From: an uncultured Acidobacteriota bacterium
GTDB taxonomy: Bacteria; Acidobacteriota; Thermoanaerobaculia; UBA5066; Gp7-AA6
Reading direction: 5' to 3'
DNA: 64,000 bases
Assembly: GCA_963707935.1 (NCBI GenBank)
Contig: CAVPRN010000001.1
Span: 589,030 to 653,029, forward strand
This document shows positions 48,728-62,568 of the stretch, piece by piece. The notes under the pieces are model-generated. The model did not search any database, was not told the origin of the DNA, and saw only the letters and a list, made by a program, of their open reading frames with translations. The translations under genes were made by a program, and so were the position numbers. Position 1 is the first letter of the stretch. Each line of letters begins with the position of its first letter.

Positions 48728-51543
48728 GTGCATTTCCCAGCAAGATTTCGAGCAGCGAGTCTCGTCCTGTCGATCGGCCTCGTCCTCTCCGCCGCCGCGC
48801 GGTCGGCGACTCTGCCGGCGGGCTTCCAGGAGACCGTCGTCTTCTCCGGTCTCTCGAAGCCGACCGCGATCCAGTTCGCCTCCGACGGGCGGGTCTTCGT
48901 CGCGGAGAAGAGCGGTCTCATCAAAGTGTTCGCGAGCCTGAGCCGCGACGACCCCCACGGTTTTCGCCGACCTCCGCACGAAGGTTCACAACTACTGGGA
49001 CCGCGGACTGAACGGCCTCGCGCTCCATCCGAACTTCCCGACCGAGCCCTGGGTCTATGTCCTGTACACCCACGATGCCTCGATCGGCGGCACGGCGCCG
49101 AAGTGGGGAACCGCCGACGCAACCACCGACACCTGCCCCGACCCGCCCGTCGGGCCCGGCGGCACGGCGGACGGATGCGCCGTGAGCGGCCGGCTCTCGC
49201 GGCTTCAGGCTTCGGGAAGCGTCATGACCGGCGCGGAGCAGGTCTTGATCGAAGGCTGGTTCCAGCAGTTCCCGAGCCACTCGGTCGGCAGCCTGGCTTT
49301 CGGAAACGACGGCGCGCTCTACGTCAGCGGGGGGGACGGGGCGAGCTTCTACTTCACCGACTACGGCCAGAAGGGGATCCCGCTGAACCCGGGCGGCGAC
49401 CCGCCGGTTGCGGTCGGCGGCGTGCAGACGCCTCCGACGGCCGAGGGAGGAGCGCTTCGCTCGCAGGACCTGCGCACGAGCGGCGATCCGGTCGGATTGA
49501 ACGGGGCGATCCTGCGTGTCGATCCCGCGACCGGCGCCGCGATGGCGGGCAATCCCCTCGCGGCCAATCCCGATCCGAACGCGCGGCGCATCATCGCCTA
49601 CGGGCTGCGCAACCCGTTTCGGATGACCTTTCGGCCGGGCACCGAAGAGATCTGGATCGGAGACGTCGGCTACCACACGTGGGAAGAGATCGACCGGATT
49701 GCCTCCTCGACAAACTCGACCGTCGAGAACTTCGGCTGGCCCTGCTACGAAGGCTCCGCGAAGCAGAGCGCCTACGACGCCGCTGGCCTGAACATCTGCG
49801 AGAACCTCTACGCGGCGCCGGGCACCGTGACCGCGCCGTATTTCAAGTACGCCCAGCTGCAGGACGTCGTCCCCGGCGAAACCTGCCCGAACGGGAGCTC
49901 CTCGATTTCGGCGATCGCCTTCTACAACGGATCGAGCTACCCGGCGTCCTATCGGGTGCGCTCTTCTTCGCCGACTACTCGCGGCAGTGCATGTGGGTGA
50001 TGCCGAAGGGGGCCAACGGCCAGCCCGACCCCGCCGCGGTGGCGGTTTTCGGCGCGGGCGTCAACCGTCCCGTGGACTTGAAGGCCGGGCCCAACGGCGA
50101 TCTCTTCTACGTCGATCTCCTGGGAGGCACGGTCCGCCGGATCCAGTACACCGGAACCAACCAGGCGCCGACGGCGGTGATCCAGGCGCTCCCTTCGAGC
50201 GGCCCGCTTCCACTTCTCGTCCATTTCGACGGCACCGGCTCGACCGACCCGAACGCCGGCGACACGCTGACCTACGCGTGGGACCTGGACGGGGACGGGG
50301 CGTTCGACGACTCGACCGCCGCGAAGCCGACCCGCAACTACACGGTCGCGGCGCAGACCACCGTCCGCCTTCGCGTCACCGATCCCCTGAGCGCGAGCTC
50401 GACGGCTTCGATCGTGATCACAGCCGGCGATTCGCCGCCGACGGCGACGATCCTTTCGCCCGCGCCGACTTTCACCTGGAAGGTCGGCGACCCGATCACC
50501 TTCTCCGGCTCCGCCACGGACGCCCAGGATGGAGCGCTGCCCGCGTCGGCGCTCACCTGGTCGCTTCTGCTGCACCACTGCCCGGCGATCTGCCACGTCC
50601 ATCCGATTCAGGACTTCGCCGGCGTCGCGGGCGGCTCCTTCGCGGGACCGGACCACGAGTATCCGTCGCACCTGGAGCTCAAGCTGACGGCGACCGACTC
50701 CTCCGGTCTGACCGATACGAAGAGCGTGACGTTGAATCCCAAGACGGTCACCGTCGGGCTCCAGTCGAGCCCTCCCGGCCTGCAGCTCGTTCTCGGAAGC
50801 GGAGCCGAGACGGCGCCTTTCAACAAGACCGTGATGATCGGATCGTTCAATACCGTCAGCGCGCCGCTCGCCCAGACCGTGGGACCAACCAACTACGAGT
50901 TCGGCTACTGGTCCGACGGCCGTCCGGAGACGCACGACCTGACGGCCCCCGCGACGCTGACGACCCTGACGGCGACCTATGGCGAGTCGCTTCCCGACCC
51001 GTGGCTTCATCAGGACGTCGGCGCCGTCGCCGCCGCCGGAACCGCGGTTGAGCTCGACCGGCGGGCGACTTCGCGGTGACCGCGACCGGCGCGGACATCT
51101 TCTTCCCCCCCGATCAGTTCCACTTCGTCTATCAGCCGATGTCCGGGGACGGTGAGATCGTCGCGCGGGTCGTGAGCCTCCAGAAGACAAACGACATGGC
51201 CAAGGCGGGGGTCATGATCCGGCAGAGTCTGGCCCCCGGCTCGCCGTACGCCATGATGGAGATCCTGGCGAAGAAGACATCGGGGTTCCAGTGGCGACTG
51301 ACGCCGGGCAAGCGGAGTTTCTCCAACGGCTCGAGCGGCGCGACTCCCTACTGGATCCGGCTGGTTCGCGCGGGCAACAACTTCACGGCCTACCGGTCGC
51401 CCGACGGAACGACGTGGATCCAGGTCGGCTCGACGAAGACGGTCAGTCTGGCGACGAACGTCTACGTCGGCCTCGCCGTCACCGCGCACAACAACGCGGC
51501 CACATGCACCGCCGTCTTCGACAACGTCAGCGTGACGCCGTGA
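48728..51543 (+). pseudogene. Secreted PQQ-type glucose/sorbosone dehydrogenase beta-propeller + PKD domain + C-terminal concanavalin-like domain, with three frame changes
   Basis: GTG start after GAGAGGAGAGG, then signal FRAASLVLSIGLVLSAAA. Blocks LPAGFQETVVFSGLSKPTAIQFASDGRVFVAEKSG, IAYGLRNPFRMTF and WIGDVGYHTWEEI. PKD-like LVHFDGTGSTDPNAGDTLTYAWDLDGDG. Frame changes at the C5 run 48952-48956, the G3 run 49954-49956 and about 51063. Confidence 0.75.
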
Positions 51544-51566
51544 GGTGAGATCCCCGATCCGGGTCC

Positions 51567-53201
51567 CTACAAGAGAGTCCGTCCGCTGATGGGCGACCGC
51601 GGCCGGTCTCCCAGAAGCCCCGCGATCGTCGGGACGACGTCGAAGGCCGACCGCACGCCACGGTCGCCGGGCGCGATGCCGGGCGCCGCGACGTAGGCCA
51701 TCCCGTGGGCTCCGGTGTGGCCGCCGGTGCGCCGCAGCGGGACCGGCCCGACGAGCCCCAGGCGCGGATGCTCGAGAGCGGCGACGACGCCCCTCCAGAT
51801 GATCTGGAGATCGGCCTCCGAGCCCGAAAGCTCGAGCGGATTCCTCGTCGAGGCGCGTTCGAACGCCTCGACGACCGGCTCCCCGGTGCGGGGGTTGCGG
51901 CACTCGAGAAGCAGCGTCTCGAGCTCCCGCAGCGTCTCTTCGTATCGGGACGGCTCGACCATGCCGTCGCGCTCGCGCCCCGCGAGGTTCACGCGGATGC
52001 GTCCGTCGTAGAACGAGGGTATGGCGAAGGCCGGCATTTTCGGCCAGTGATTCCGGTAGCGCCGGGCCGGCTGCCAGTCGAGCTCCTGTCTCGGCGCCGC
52101 TGTGCCGGCGGGTTTCCAGGACGAGACCGCGTCCCGGACGCCCTTCAACGCGTTCTGGATCGGCCGCGGCAGGCGGCGGGCGAGGGACAGGGCTTCGGAA
52201 GAGAGCGGCTCGCGCTTCTCTTCGGACGCCGGCACCCATCTCCGACTCGCTTCAGCCCAGCGCTCCTCCTCGCCCAGGGGCGGAAGACTCTCCGGCGCCG
52301 CGGTCCATTCCGGCGGCAGGGCGAGGAGCGGGCGGCCGAAGGCGCGCCGGTACAGGAGCTCCGGCAGGAGGACCATCGACGCGACGTCCGAATGGTTCGG
52401 GCCCATCCCGCCCATCGTGAAGACGACGACCGCGGCGTCGCCGGCGACGGCGAGGAGGTCGCCCACCATCCGGTCCGCGGCCCGGTGCAGCTCGGTGAGC
52501 GACCGCCTCGCGGCCGCCGCGGAAGGGTGCGCGTGAAGCGGATGACTCGAGTCCACCCCATGCCACAGCCCTTCGATCGCGCCGTGAATCTCGCCCGCGA
52601 CGGCGAGGAAGAAGTCCCAGTCCGGGAGGCGCTCGGCCGCGAGCCACCGCGCCGCCCGCGAGCGGACGTCGATCGCGCGGCAAAGCGCCTCGCCCATCTC
52701 CCGCGCGCGCGCCGCGGACGGCCACGGTAGCCCGTACGTCCACGGCGACGCGGGATAGTTGCCGATTCGCCGCCGGAATTCCGGGAGGAGCCGGCGGGGG
52801 GCGCCGGACAGGACCGTCCCCGGATCGTGCGCGCCCCAGCCCACGACGCCCCGCGTGTGCGGCGCCCGTGCGAGATCCGTGTAAGGCGTATCGAACACGA
52901 CGACGGACCGGTCGAGGCCGGCCCACCAGGGCGTGAAACGGGCGCCCTCCTGCCACGTGTCATATGTCGCCGGATCGAACTCCACGGCGGCCCACCGGTG
53001 CCCCGCCTCGGGCGAGAGCCCGGAAGCGACGTGCTCCCACGCGAGTCCCGTGCGCTGCGCCGGCCCGTGGTCGAGGCGGAAACAGGCGGCGCGCCGGCGG
53101 AGCGCCGAAAGCGCCGGCATCTCGCCTTCGGCCATGAGCCGCTCGGCGAGAGTGATTTCCAGACCGTCGAGGCCCAGAGCCAGGACGCGCGGCCGCGCCA
53201 T
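51567..53201 (-). CDS. Alkaline-phosphatase-superfamily (type I phosphodiesterase/nucleotide pyrophosphatase-like) protein
   Basis: MARPRVLALGLDGLE..., ...VVFTMGGMGPN and ...RTGGHTGAHGMAYV blocks resemble the AlkP-core family. Assignment is at family level only. Confidence 0.6.
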   Translation of the reverse strand: MARPRVLALGLDGLEITLAERLMAEGEMPALSALRRRAACFRLDHGPAQRTGLAWEHVASGLSPEAGHRWAAVEFDPATYDTWQEGARFTPWWAGLDRSVVVFDTPYTDLARAPHTRGVVGWGAHDPGTVLSGAPRRLLPEFRRRIGNYPASPWTYGLPWPSAARAREMGEALCRAIDVRSRAARWLAAERLPDWDFFLAVAGEIHGAIEGLWHGVDSSHPLHAHPSAAAARRSLTELHRAADRMVGDLLAVAGDAAVVVFTMGGMGPNHSDVASMVLLPELLYRRAFGRPLLALPPEWTAAPESLPPLGEEERWAEASRRWVPASEEKREPLSSEALSLARRLPRPIQNALKGVRDAVSSWKPAGTAAPRQELDWQPARRYRNHWPKMPAFAIPSFYDGRIRVNLAGRERDGMVEPSRYEETLRELETLLLECRNPRTGEPVVEAFERASTRNPLELSGSEADLQIIWRGVVAALEHPRLGLVGPVPLRRTGGHTGAHGMAYVAAPGIAPGDRGVRSAFDVVPTIAGLLGDRPRSPISGRTLL

Positions 53202-53314
53202 CGCGTGGCAGTGTAGCGCCGAAGGCGTCCGGCCGGAGGCTCCTGCCGGCACTCTGGGCGGGTGCGGTCAGGGCGACGGAGAACCGTTTCCTCGGTGCGG
53301 CTCCCTGAGACTCC

Positions 53315-53815
53315 TCAAGTGGGCCGTGTCGGGGCACCGGAAGAAATCCCGGCGTCGGGACTCTCCCGCAGGAACGGATCGGTGAGCGAGGCCAGGATTC
53401 GGCCAGCCTCCTCTCTTGCGGACTCTGCGGCGCCGACTGTCGCGACCTCGATCCGCGGCGGCTCCGCGAGATGCCGCTTGACCGTGCACTGATCCACGGC
53501 GCGCACGATCGCCTCACGATACTTCGCAGGGAACGATCTCGGCAACGCGATCTCGATCCGAATGCGGGCGACCCGCTTGCCGTCGAGATCCCGCTCGGGA
53601 GTCACGTTGAGCGACAGTCCCTCGGTGTCGAGGTTTCGCTGCCGGCAGAAGCGGAGCGCGAAGTAGCCGGCGCATGTGCCGATCGAGGCGAGGAAGAGGT
53701 CGAACGGAGGGGGCGCCGTCCCGTCGCCGCCGTGATCGACGGGCTGGTCCGTGCGGATCCAGTACCCCTCGTGCAGGGCGTCGACTCTCATGCCGCCCGG
53801 GAACGAGATTTCCAT
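53315..53815 (-). CDS. OsmC/Ohr-family protein
   Basis: APPPFDLFLASIGTCAGYF and AVDQCTVKRHL carry the two conserved Cys blocks of OsmC. Confidence 0.8.
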   Translation of the reverse strand: MEISFPGGMRVDALHEGYWIRTDQPVDHGGDGTAPPPFDLFLASIGTCAGYFALRFCRQRNLDTEGLSLNVTPERDLDGKRVARIRIEIALPRSFPAKYREAIVRAVDQCTVKRHLAEPPRIEVATVGAAESAREEAGRILASLTDPFLRESPDAGISSGAPTRPT

Positions 53816-54157
53816 GAGCCGAGGATCTCCCGCCGCGCGGCCGGCCGCCTGATGCTTCTGAATCAGTCCGCGGGCGGCGCTATTTGCGGTCCCGCCGCGG
53901 ATTCGCATGCGCGGGCGGCTCGCCGGAAGGCGGCTTCCGTCCATCGGGAATCGGGCAGTCGCAGTAGATGAACTCTGCTCCGCTCCCCAGGGCGTCGCCT
54001 CGAATAGCCGGCCTTTGTGATCTCCGCGCCCGAAGCCAGGTTCAGGATCGCGAAGGAGAGACGGATCCGGATCCGCGTCGCCGTCACCTGTTCGCGCACA
54101 TTATCCGTCTTACGTGGACAGGGCGTGGCTCGTCCCGCGCCCCGGGCGAATCCTCGA

Positions 54158-54823
54158 ATGCTACGCTTCGAGCTCTCCCCCGCGATGATGAAGCGCTATC
54201 TCCTGCTCACGGCGGCGATGATCGGCGTGATGCTGTTGCTCTTCGCGCTCGTCGAGGCGCTCGGCATCCCGCTCCTGACGAATCCCTTAGCCTCGCTCTC
54301 GCGGCTCGGAGCCCTGGCCGCGCCGATGGGGGTGGGCCTGCTCGTCGCCGACGTGGTGCTGCCGGTGCCGTCGAGCCTCGTGATGGTCGCCCACGGCGCG
54401 CTCTTCGGCGTCGCGCTCGGCGCTCTCCTCTCGCTCATCGGGTCGCTCGGCGCCGGGCTCTTCGGCTTCGGTCTCGGCCGGAGAGGCGGGCCGCTGCTCG
54501 CCCGCCTCGTCCCGGCGGATGAGCGAGCGCGCGCGAACCGCCTGCTCGACCGCTGGGGCGATCTCGCCGTCATCGCCACGCGGCCCGTGCCCGTTCTCGC
54601 GGAAACCGTGGCGATCCTCGCCGGCGCCTCGCCGATGACGTGGCGGCGAATGACCATGGCGACCCTCGTGGGGGCGCTGCCGGCCTGCCTGCTCTACGCG
54701 ATCGCGGGCGCGACGGCGGCGGCCCTCGACTCGGGCGTCGCCGTCTTCGCTCTCGTGCTGGCGGTCTCCGGAGTATTCTGGCTGCTCGGGCGCAGGCGCC
54801 GGCGCCCGCGCGGTTCGCGCTGA
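54158..54823 (+). CDS. DedA/TVP38-TMEM64 (VTT-domain) membrane protein
   Basis: Multi-TM protein with LVADVVLPVPSSLV...GALFG and VIATRPVPVLAETVAILAG, typical of VTT domains. Start uncertain (54158 or 54185). Confidence 0.7.
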   Translation: MLRFELSPAMMKRYLLLTAAMIGVMLLLFALVEALGIPLLTNPLASLSRLGALAAPMGVGLLVADVVLPVPSSLVMVAHGALFGVALGALLSLIGSLGAGLFGFGLGRRGGPLLARLVPADERARANRLLDRWGDLAVIATRPVPVLAETVAILAGASPMTWRRMTMATLVGALPACLLYAIAGATAAALDSGVAVFALVLAVSGVFWLLGRRRRRPRGSR

Positions 54824-54834
54824 AGTCTCCGTCC

Positions 54835-57720
<2,886 letters not shown>

Positions 57721-57886
57721 CTCCAGTCACGACATCATAGGCGACGGGTCTCCCCGAGACGGGATTGTCGTTCGGAACGTTGAAGCAGGAGGCTGTCAGG
57801 GTCTGTTGCCGTGCCGAATGCCCGGGTGACGAACACGAGCTGCAGGTGACCGCCCGCTTGCTAGAATGGCGAAGCGAGGAGCAAGA

Positions 57887-58348
57887 ATGCACTCCACGGG
57901 TATCGCCCGGATTCTTGTTCTCGCGCTCGTATCCACATTCCTGTCTTCCCCTGGGCGCGGGCAAGCCTTTTCCCTGTTTTCCGCGGATGCTTTTTCGGCG
58001 GAGACGGGCGGCCGCCAACTCGACTTGGGGGTGGCAAGCCTCCACGGACCGTTTTCAATTCGGACGCAGATGAATCTCTCGCCGAAGCAGGCTCCCGCGC
58101 TCGACCGCGAAGACCTCGAGAGGATTGTCTGGCTCCCCTACGAACCTCCTGGAGAAACTACCGGGGGATCCGCTTACCGGGGACTTGCCGATCGTGTTTC
58201 ATGCGTCGTTCCCTGCGATCCCCTGCTTCCATTCCAGGAAGCGCCCATCGACGCCGACCGCATCCTGGCCCGCTGCGACAAGGGATTCTGGAGCCTGATC
58301 ACAGGGAGTCTTCGAGCTCTTTCCCTGGGCGCGAACGAAATCCGATAG
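57887..58348 (+). CDS. Secreted hypothetical protein
   Basis: ATG after GAGGAG. Signal MHSTGIARILVLALVSTFLSSPGRGQA. Lower G+C than its neighbours and no recognisable family. An upstream ATG at 57866 is an alternative start. Confidence 0.45.
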   Translation: MHSTGIARILVLALVSTFLSSPGRGQAFSLFSADAFSAETGGRQLDLGVASLHGPFSIRTQMNLSPKQAPALDREDLERIVWLPYEPPGETTGGSAYRGLADRVSCVVPCDPLLPFQEAPIDADRILARCDKGFWSLITGSLRALSLGANEIR

Positions 58349-58473
58349 CACGCGCGTGTGCGACCTGGCGACCGGCCAGCTCTCCGGCGGCTCTTTGGCC
58401 ACGGCGTCCCGAACTGTGTACGACCGCGTGCGTGACTGGGCGGACCATCGAAGAGGTGCGCGCGAAAGCTTCA

Positions 58474-59499
58474 TCATCCCGCCCCTGCGCGCCGCCGATA
58501 CAGGAAGAAGTAGTCGTGCACGTTCACGAGCTCGCGCGAGGTCGGATCGGCGATGACCGGCTCGCGCACGTCGAGCTCGTAGCCGTGCGCGGCGAAGAGC
58601 GCGTCGAACGGCCGGCGCTCGCCGTGCTCCTCCGTCGAGAGCAGGCGCCCGGCGTCGTTGGGCACGACGAACAGCCGGGGCACCTGCAGGCGCTCGAGCA
58701 GCGCCAGCCAGCCGTCGATCGCGCGCGCGCTCATCTCCGAAAAGCTGTGCACGTTCACGGCCAGATCGATGCGCCGGCCGGGCAGGCGCCCGTCGATTTC
58801 GTCGAGCGGAATCACCTCGGCGCGGTCCAGGCATCCCCGAAAGCGCAGGTAGTACTCGCACAGAAAGGTCGATTCCGGCACGGCGTCGGTGCACAGGTAG
58901 CGCAAGGACGGGGCCGCCGCGATCGCGCGGTGGGCGAGCCGGCCGTACCCGGCGCCGATGTCGAGCACCGTGCGCGGCTCGTCTCGGCGCTGCAGCAGGC
59001 CGAGCTGGCGGTCCAGGAAATACAGCTCGTTGATGGAGTCGAGCAGGTCTCGGCTCACCGGCGGCCAGCCCGGATACTCGAAGGTCCAGCAGCCGAAGAG
59101 CCCGTCCTCGCCGAGCCGGCCGAGGAGTCCCTGCGTGTCGCGCGCGGCCACGTCGCGCAGATACCGGTAGTACCTGAGGTTGGCGTCGGAACCGACTTTG
59201 CGGAACTGCCAGACGTAGGCGTTGTCGCCGCGGAAGGCGCGCAGGTCGAGCTCGCGTTCGAGATATCCGGGCTCCCAGAAAGTGCGCGCCGCCATGGGCA
59301 CCGTGGCGCGCGCATAGCGCTCGCGCAGCTCGAGCAGGCGCGGATGGTCCGCGCGCAGCTCGATCTCCGCCCCGGCCGGCAGTCCCCGGCGGATGTCGAA
59401 GCTGGTGTGTCGGTATCGCGGATCCTGCGGCAGCGCACCCGCGAGCCGGTGTCCGATGCGGCGCAGCACGCCCCGCACGGCCTGCGGAAGACGTCGCAC
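58474..59499 (-). CDS. Class I SAM-dependent methyltransferase (sugar O-methyltransferase-like)
   Basis: SAM motif VLDIGAGYGRLAH. Sits in a glycosyltransferase cluster. Confidence 0.6.
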   Translation of the reverse strand: MRRLPQAVRGVLRRIGHRLAGALPQDPRYRHTSFDIRRGLPAGAEIELRADHPRLLELRERYARATVPMAARTFWEPGYLERELDLRAFRGDNAYVWQFRKVGSDANLRYYRYLRDVAARDTQGLLGRLGEDGLFGCWTFEYPGWPPVSRDLLDSINELYFLDRQLGLLQRRDEPRTVLDIGAGYGRLAHRAIAAAPSLRYLCTDAVPESTFLCEYYLRFRGCLDRAEVIPLDEIDGRLPGRRIDLAVNVHSFSEMSARAIDGWLALLERLQVPRLFVVPNDAGRLLSTEEHGERRPFDALFAAHGYELDVREPVIADPTSRELVNVHDYFFLYRRRAGAG

Positions 59500-59517
59500 C
59501 GCGCCGAGCGCCTCGGC

Positions 59518-60495
59518 TCACCCTCGCGGATCGCCGGCCCGGACGTGGCGCCTGGCCAGATCGATCAGGAAGGCGTCGAGCCAGTTCGAGAAGCGCCGTG
59601 CCAGCCGCTGTCCGCCGAATGCGACGACGCGACGCAGTCGTCGAAACGCCAGGCGCCGATGGTAGACGCCGAACCGAACGACGTGGTCGTCGTAGGTCAG
59701 GTCCCATTTTCGGTGGAAGTGCTGCTCCGACGCGATGTTCCAGGCGTCGCTCCAGCGGAGGGTGTAGTACGGAACGTCCGTCAGGGCGACGGGCGGGGGC
59801 GCCTGATAGGTCACCAGCGCCCGCGGCTCGAAGAGAATCGATCCTCCGGCGTGGCGGACGGTGAGGCTGAAGTCGAGATGTTCGGACATCGAGAGAAGCG
59901 CTTCATCGAAGGGACCGATCCGATCGAACAGCGAGCGACGGACGAAGACGCAGTGGAACTCGGCGAGCTCGGTGGGCTCTCGAACCAGCCGGTCGCGCAC
60001 CGAGGCCACGGGAGTACCCTCGAAGCGTTGCACTTCTTTGAACCGGCGCACGCCGCCCTCCTCCAGAATCGTCGTCTGACCGCCCGCGACGTGAATCCGG
60101 GTGTGCACGGGTCGGCCGATGCAGATCAGCGGAGTGACGACGTCGGCCCCCGTCGCGTCGGCGCAGGCGAGGAGGGCGTCGAGCCAGCCCGGCGCGAAGA
60201 TGACGTCGTTGTCCGCCAGGACGAGATAGGGCGTCGTGGCGCGGGCCAGGACGAGGTTCCGGGCGGAGTTGGGGGAGATGTAGCGCGGCCGCTGGATGAG
60301 CTGCATCCCGCGCGCCGAGGCCTGGGACTCGAGATAGCGGCGGACGTGGCGCGGCGAGCCCGCGTCGACGTTGATCAGCTCGAAGGGGACCGAGGTGGAG
60401 GCGTACAGGGACTCCAGCGATTCGCGCGTGACGCTGAACCGCTCTCTCTGCACGATGCCGATCGTCACGCGGGGCACACCCGGAGACAGGCTCAT
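59518..60495 (-). CDS. Family 2 glycosyltransferase
   Basis: VTIGIVQRERF...LINVDAGSP...ARN...LVLADNDVIF (GT-A fold). Confidence 0.7.
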   Translation of the reverse strand: MSLSPGVPRVTIGIVQRERFSVTRESLESLYASTSVPFELINVDAGSPRHVRRYLESQASARGMQLIQRPRYISPNSARNLVLARATTPYLVLADNDVIFAPGWLDALLACADATGADVVTPLICIGRPVHTRIHVAGGQTTILEEGGVRRFKEVQRFEGTPVASVRDRLVREPTELAEFHCVFVRRSLFDRIGPFDEALLSMSEHLDFSLTVRHAGGSILFEPRALVTYQAPPPVALTDVPYYTLRWSDAWNIASEQHFHRKWDLTYDDHVVRFGVYHRRLAFRRLRRVVAFGGQRLARRFSNWLDAFLIDLARRHVRAGDPRG

Positions 60496-60553
60496 CGCCT
60501 TCGCCTTTCCGGCCGCCGCCGTCGGGCCCGACCTTCGAGCGACCGCCCGATCT

Positions 60554-61648
60554 TCATGAAAACGCGCCCTGAGCGCGGACGATATCGATGAAGGCCGACG
60601 TGACGGCGACCTCTCGAAACTCCGCGCGGCTGGCGTGCGCGGCGGCAGCGTCGGAGAGGGACCGGTAGGCCGACGAGTCGTCCCACAGCGTCGCCAGCGC
60701 CCGTTCCCATTGCGCGAGATCGGCTCCCGCTTCGATGAGAATGCCGCCCGGCCCCACCGCCTCGGGTAACCCGCCGCACCGGCTCGCCAGCGCGGGGATG
60801 CCGCTCACCTGGGCCTCGCTGATGACACGTCCCCACCCCTCCTCCCAGCGGCTGGGAGCCAGAATCAGCTTCGCCACAAGGTACACCGGCTTCATGTCGA
60901 GTCCCCACCGGCGCCAGCGCACGTTCGGCAATCGGGCGGCCTCCTTGAACAGCGGGCGCCGAATCGCCGACGCGATTTCCCACGACTCCACGAACTCGAA
61001 CGGAATGTCGGGCCGACGCCGGGCGAGTGCCAGCGCGATGTCGACGCCCTTGACCGGGTGGGGATTCACGAAGACGACGCTCCGCCGCTCGCTCTCGACC
61101 CGGTAGAGCTCCGGTGTGACGAGGGGCATCAGAACCGGCGGCCGGAAGCCGTAGGTTTGAGCGACCTTTTCCGCCGTGAAGCGAGAGTTCGCGAGGAATC
61201 CGAGCCCCGGCCGTCGTTGGAGCGTGCCGCCGAGCCTGTGAAATTCGACATCGTGGAAGTAGAGGATGGTCGGGATGCCCATCCCCGCGAATGCCTCCGC
61301 GAGCGGTACGGGGGCGCCCGCCTGGACGACGACCAAAGAAGGTCGGACGGTGTCGGCAACGGGGCGCACGCTTTCGATGACCGACGCGACGCGATACACG
61401 GGATAACCCATCTCGGTATCGCTCGACACACGAGGTTTGCCGGGCCAAAGGCGACGCGCCAATAGGGACAGGCGGCTCCAGGCGCGCCCCCGAAGCGACA
61501 TTGCGAGGACACTGCAGTGCCACCCGCGTCTCATGAGGGCGAGACTCAGTTCGTGGGTCGTGGACTCCGATCCGCCCACCCGGTCGGGCGGATAGGAATG
61601 ACCGGTCGCGAACAGGCAGCGCAGCCGCCCCGGGCCGGTCGGAGTCAC
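60554..61648 (-). CDS. Family 4 (GT-B) glycosyltransferase
   Basis: C-terminal EEGWGRVISEAQVSGIPALASRCGGLPEAV matches the GT4 E-x7-E region. Confidence 0.8.
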   Translation of the reverse strand: MTPTGPGRLRCLFATGHSYPPDRVGGSESTTHELSLALMRRGWHCSVLAMSLRGRAWSRLSLLARRLWPGKPRVSSDTEMGYPVYRVASVIESVRPVADTVRPSLVVVQAGAPVPLAEAFAGMGIPTILYFHDVEFHRLGGTLQRRPGLGFLANSRFTAEKVAQTYGFRPPVLMPLVTPELYRVESERRSVVFVNPHPVKGVDIALALARRRPDIPFEFVESWEIASAIRRPLFKEAARLPNVRWRRWGLDMKPVYLVAKLILAPSRWEEGWGRVISEAQVSGIPALASRCGGLPEAVGPGGILIEAGADLAQWERALATLWDDSSAYRSLSDAAAAHASRAEFREVAVTSAFIDIVRAQGAFS

Positions 61649-61727
61649 GGCCGGAGCCGCCCGCCGGCCGAATCGTCAGGGGCGGGCCATTCCTCGGAAA
61701 TCCACAGCGATCCGTCGGCGGGAGCAA

Positions 61728-61916
61728 GTGTCGCTTCCAAGGTCTTTGCGGATTGACGAGAAATCAATCATCGCACGCGGCTTTGGGACGCTGCAGAAGC
61801 GCGGGGTGAAGGTGCTCGCCGGCCCGGTAGACAGGCCGTGGGGCATGCGCACGGCGAACTTCGCCGATCCCGCCGGTCACAGCTGGGAGGTCGGCGAGAG
61901 AGTCGATCGAAAGTAG
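61728..61916 (+). pseudogene. C-terminal fragment of a glyoxalase/bleomycin-resistance (VOC) family gene
   Basis: ...LQKRGVKVLAGPVDRPWGMRTANFADPAGHSWEV is the last beta-alpha-beta-beta-beta module of VOC proteins. No N-terminal half is present in any frame upstream. Confidence 0.55.
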
Positions 61917-62034
61917 CCGACTGCGGATGCCTCCGAATCTGGGCCTATCTCATTGACAATGAGGAGCATAGGCGATCTTCCGAAGCGCCATCCGCCTTTA
62001 CACCATCTACATGTCCATTAAATAGATTGCACAC

Positions 62035-62304
62035 ATGCCATTGACGCTCGATGAAGACCGCAGCAACAAGCAGTTGCTGAAGCGGTTCGAGGGGGGGTAT
62101 TCACACTTGTCTCTGGAGCTCGCCTGGCGCGCGCGGGGGAGCTCGGTCGGGGTGTGGACGGCGATCGTGAGGGTGAAAGAGGACGGGCGGATGGTGGCTT
62201 CGGGAGTTCGGCGAAATCAAGCGCTGGCGATTGGCGCGGCGCTCGGCGGGATACCAGAGATGTTGCGACGGACGCCGACTCGCAACGTCGATTCGCTTCC
62301 CTAG
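62035..62304 (+). CDS. Hypothetical small protein in a low-G+C patch
   Basis: ATG start and a non-repetitive 89-aa product. No family recognised, so this is a weak call. Confidence 0.3.
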   Translation: MPLTLDEDRSNKQLLKRFEGGYSHLSLELAWRARGSSVGVWTAIVRVKEDGRMVASGVRRNQALAIGAALGGIPEMLRRTPTRNVDSLP

Positions 62305-62568
62305 ACCGCGGGGCATAAACCGCGACGAACCTGCCGCGCAAAGACTAGCCTTCAGACTTCATCACCGGCATGCGGCGGCGTTCTCCGAGAATACGCCCGT
62401 CGTCGGGCTGCGGCGGTCGGACATGCTGCCAGTCAGCCCGCACCGACGCCTGGCGGTCTCGCGTCTCGCCGCACCGGCTTGACATCCGTCTTGGGAATTT
62501 CTAACCCATGACCTTCTGCGCCGGGAAATCAGAGAATCCGGACTGACCCCAACCCGCCGAGGATTCCG

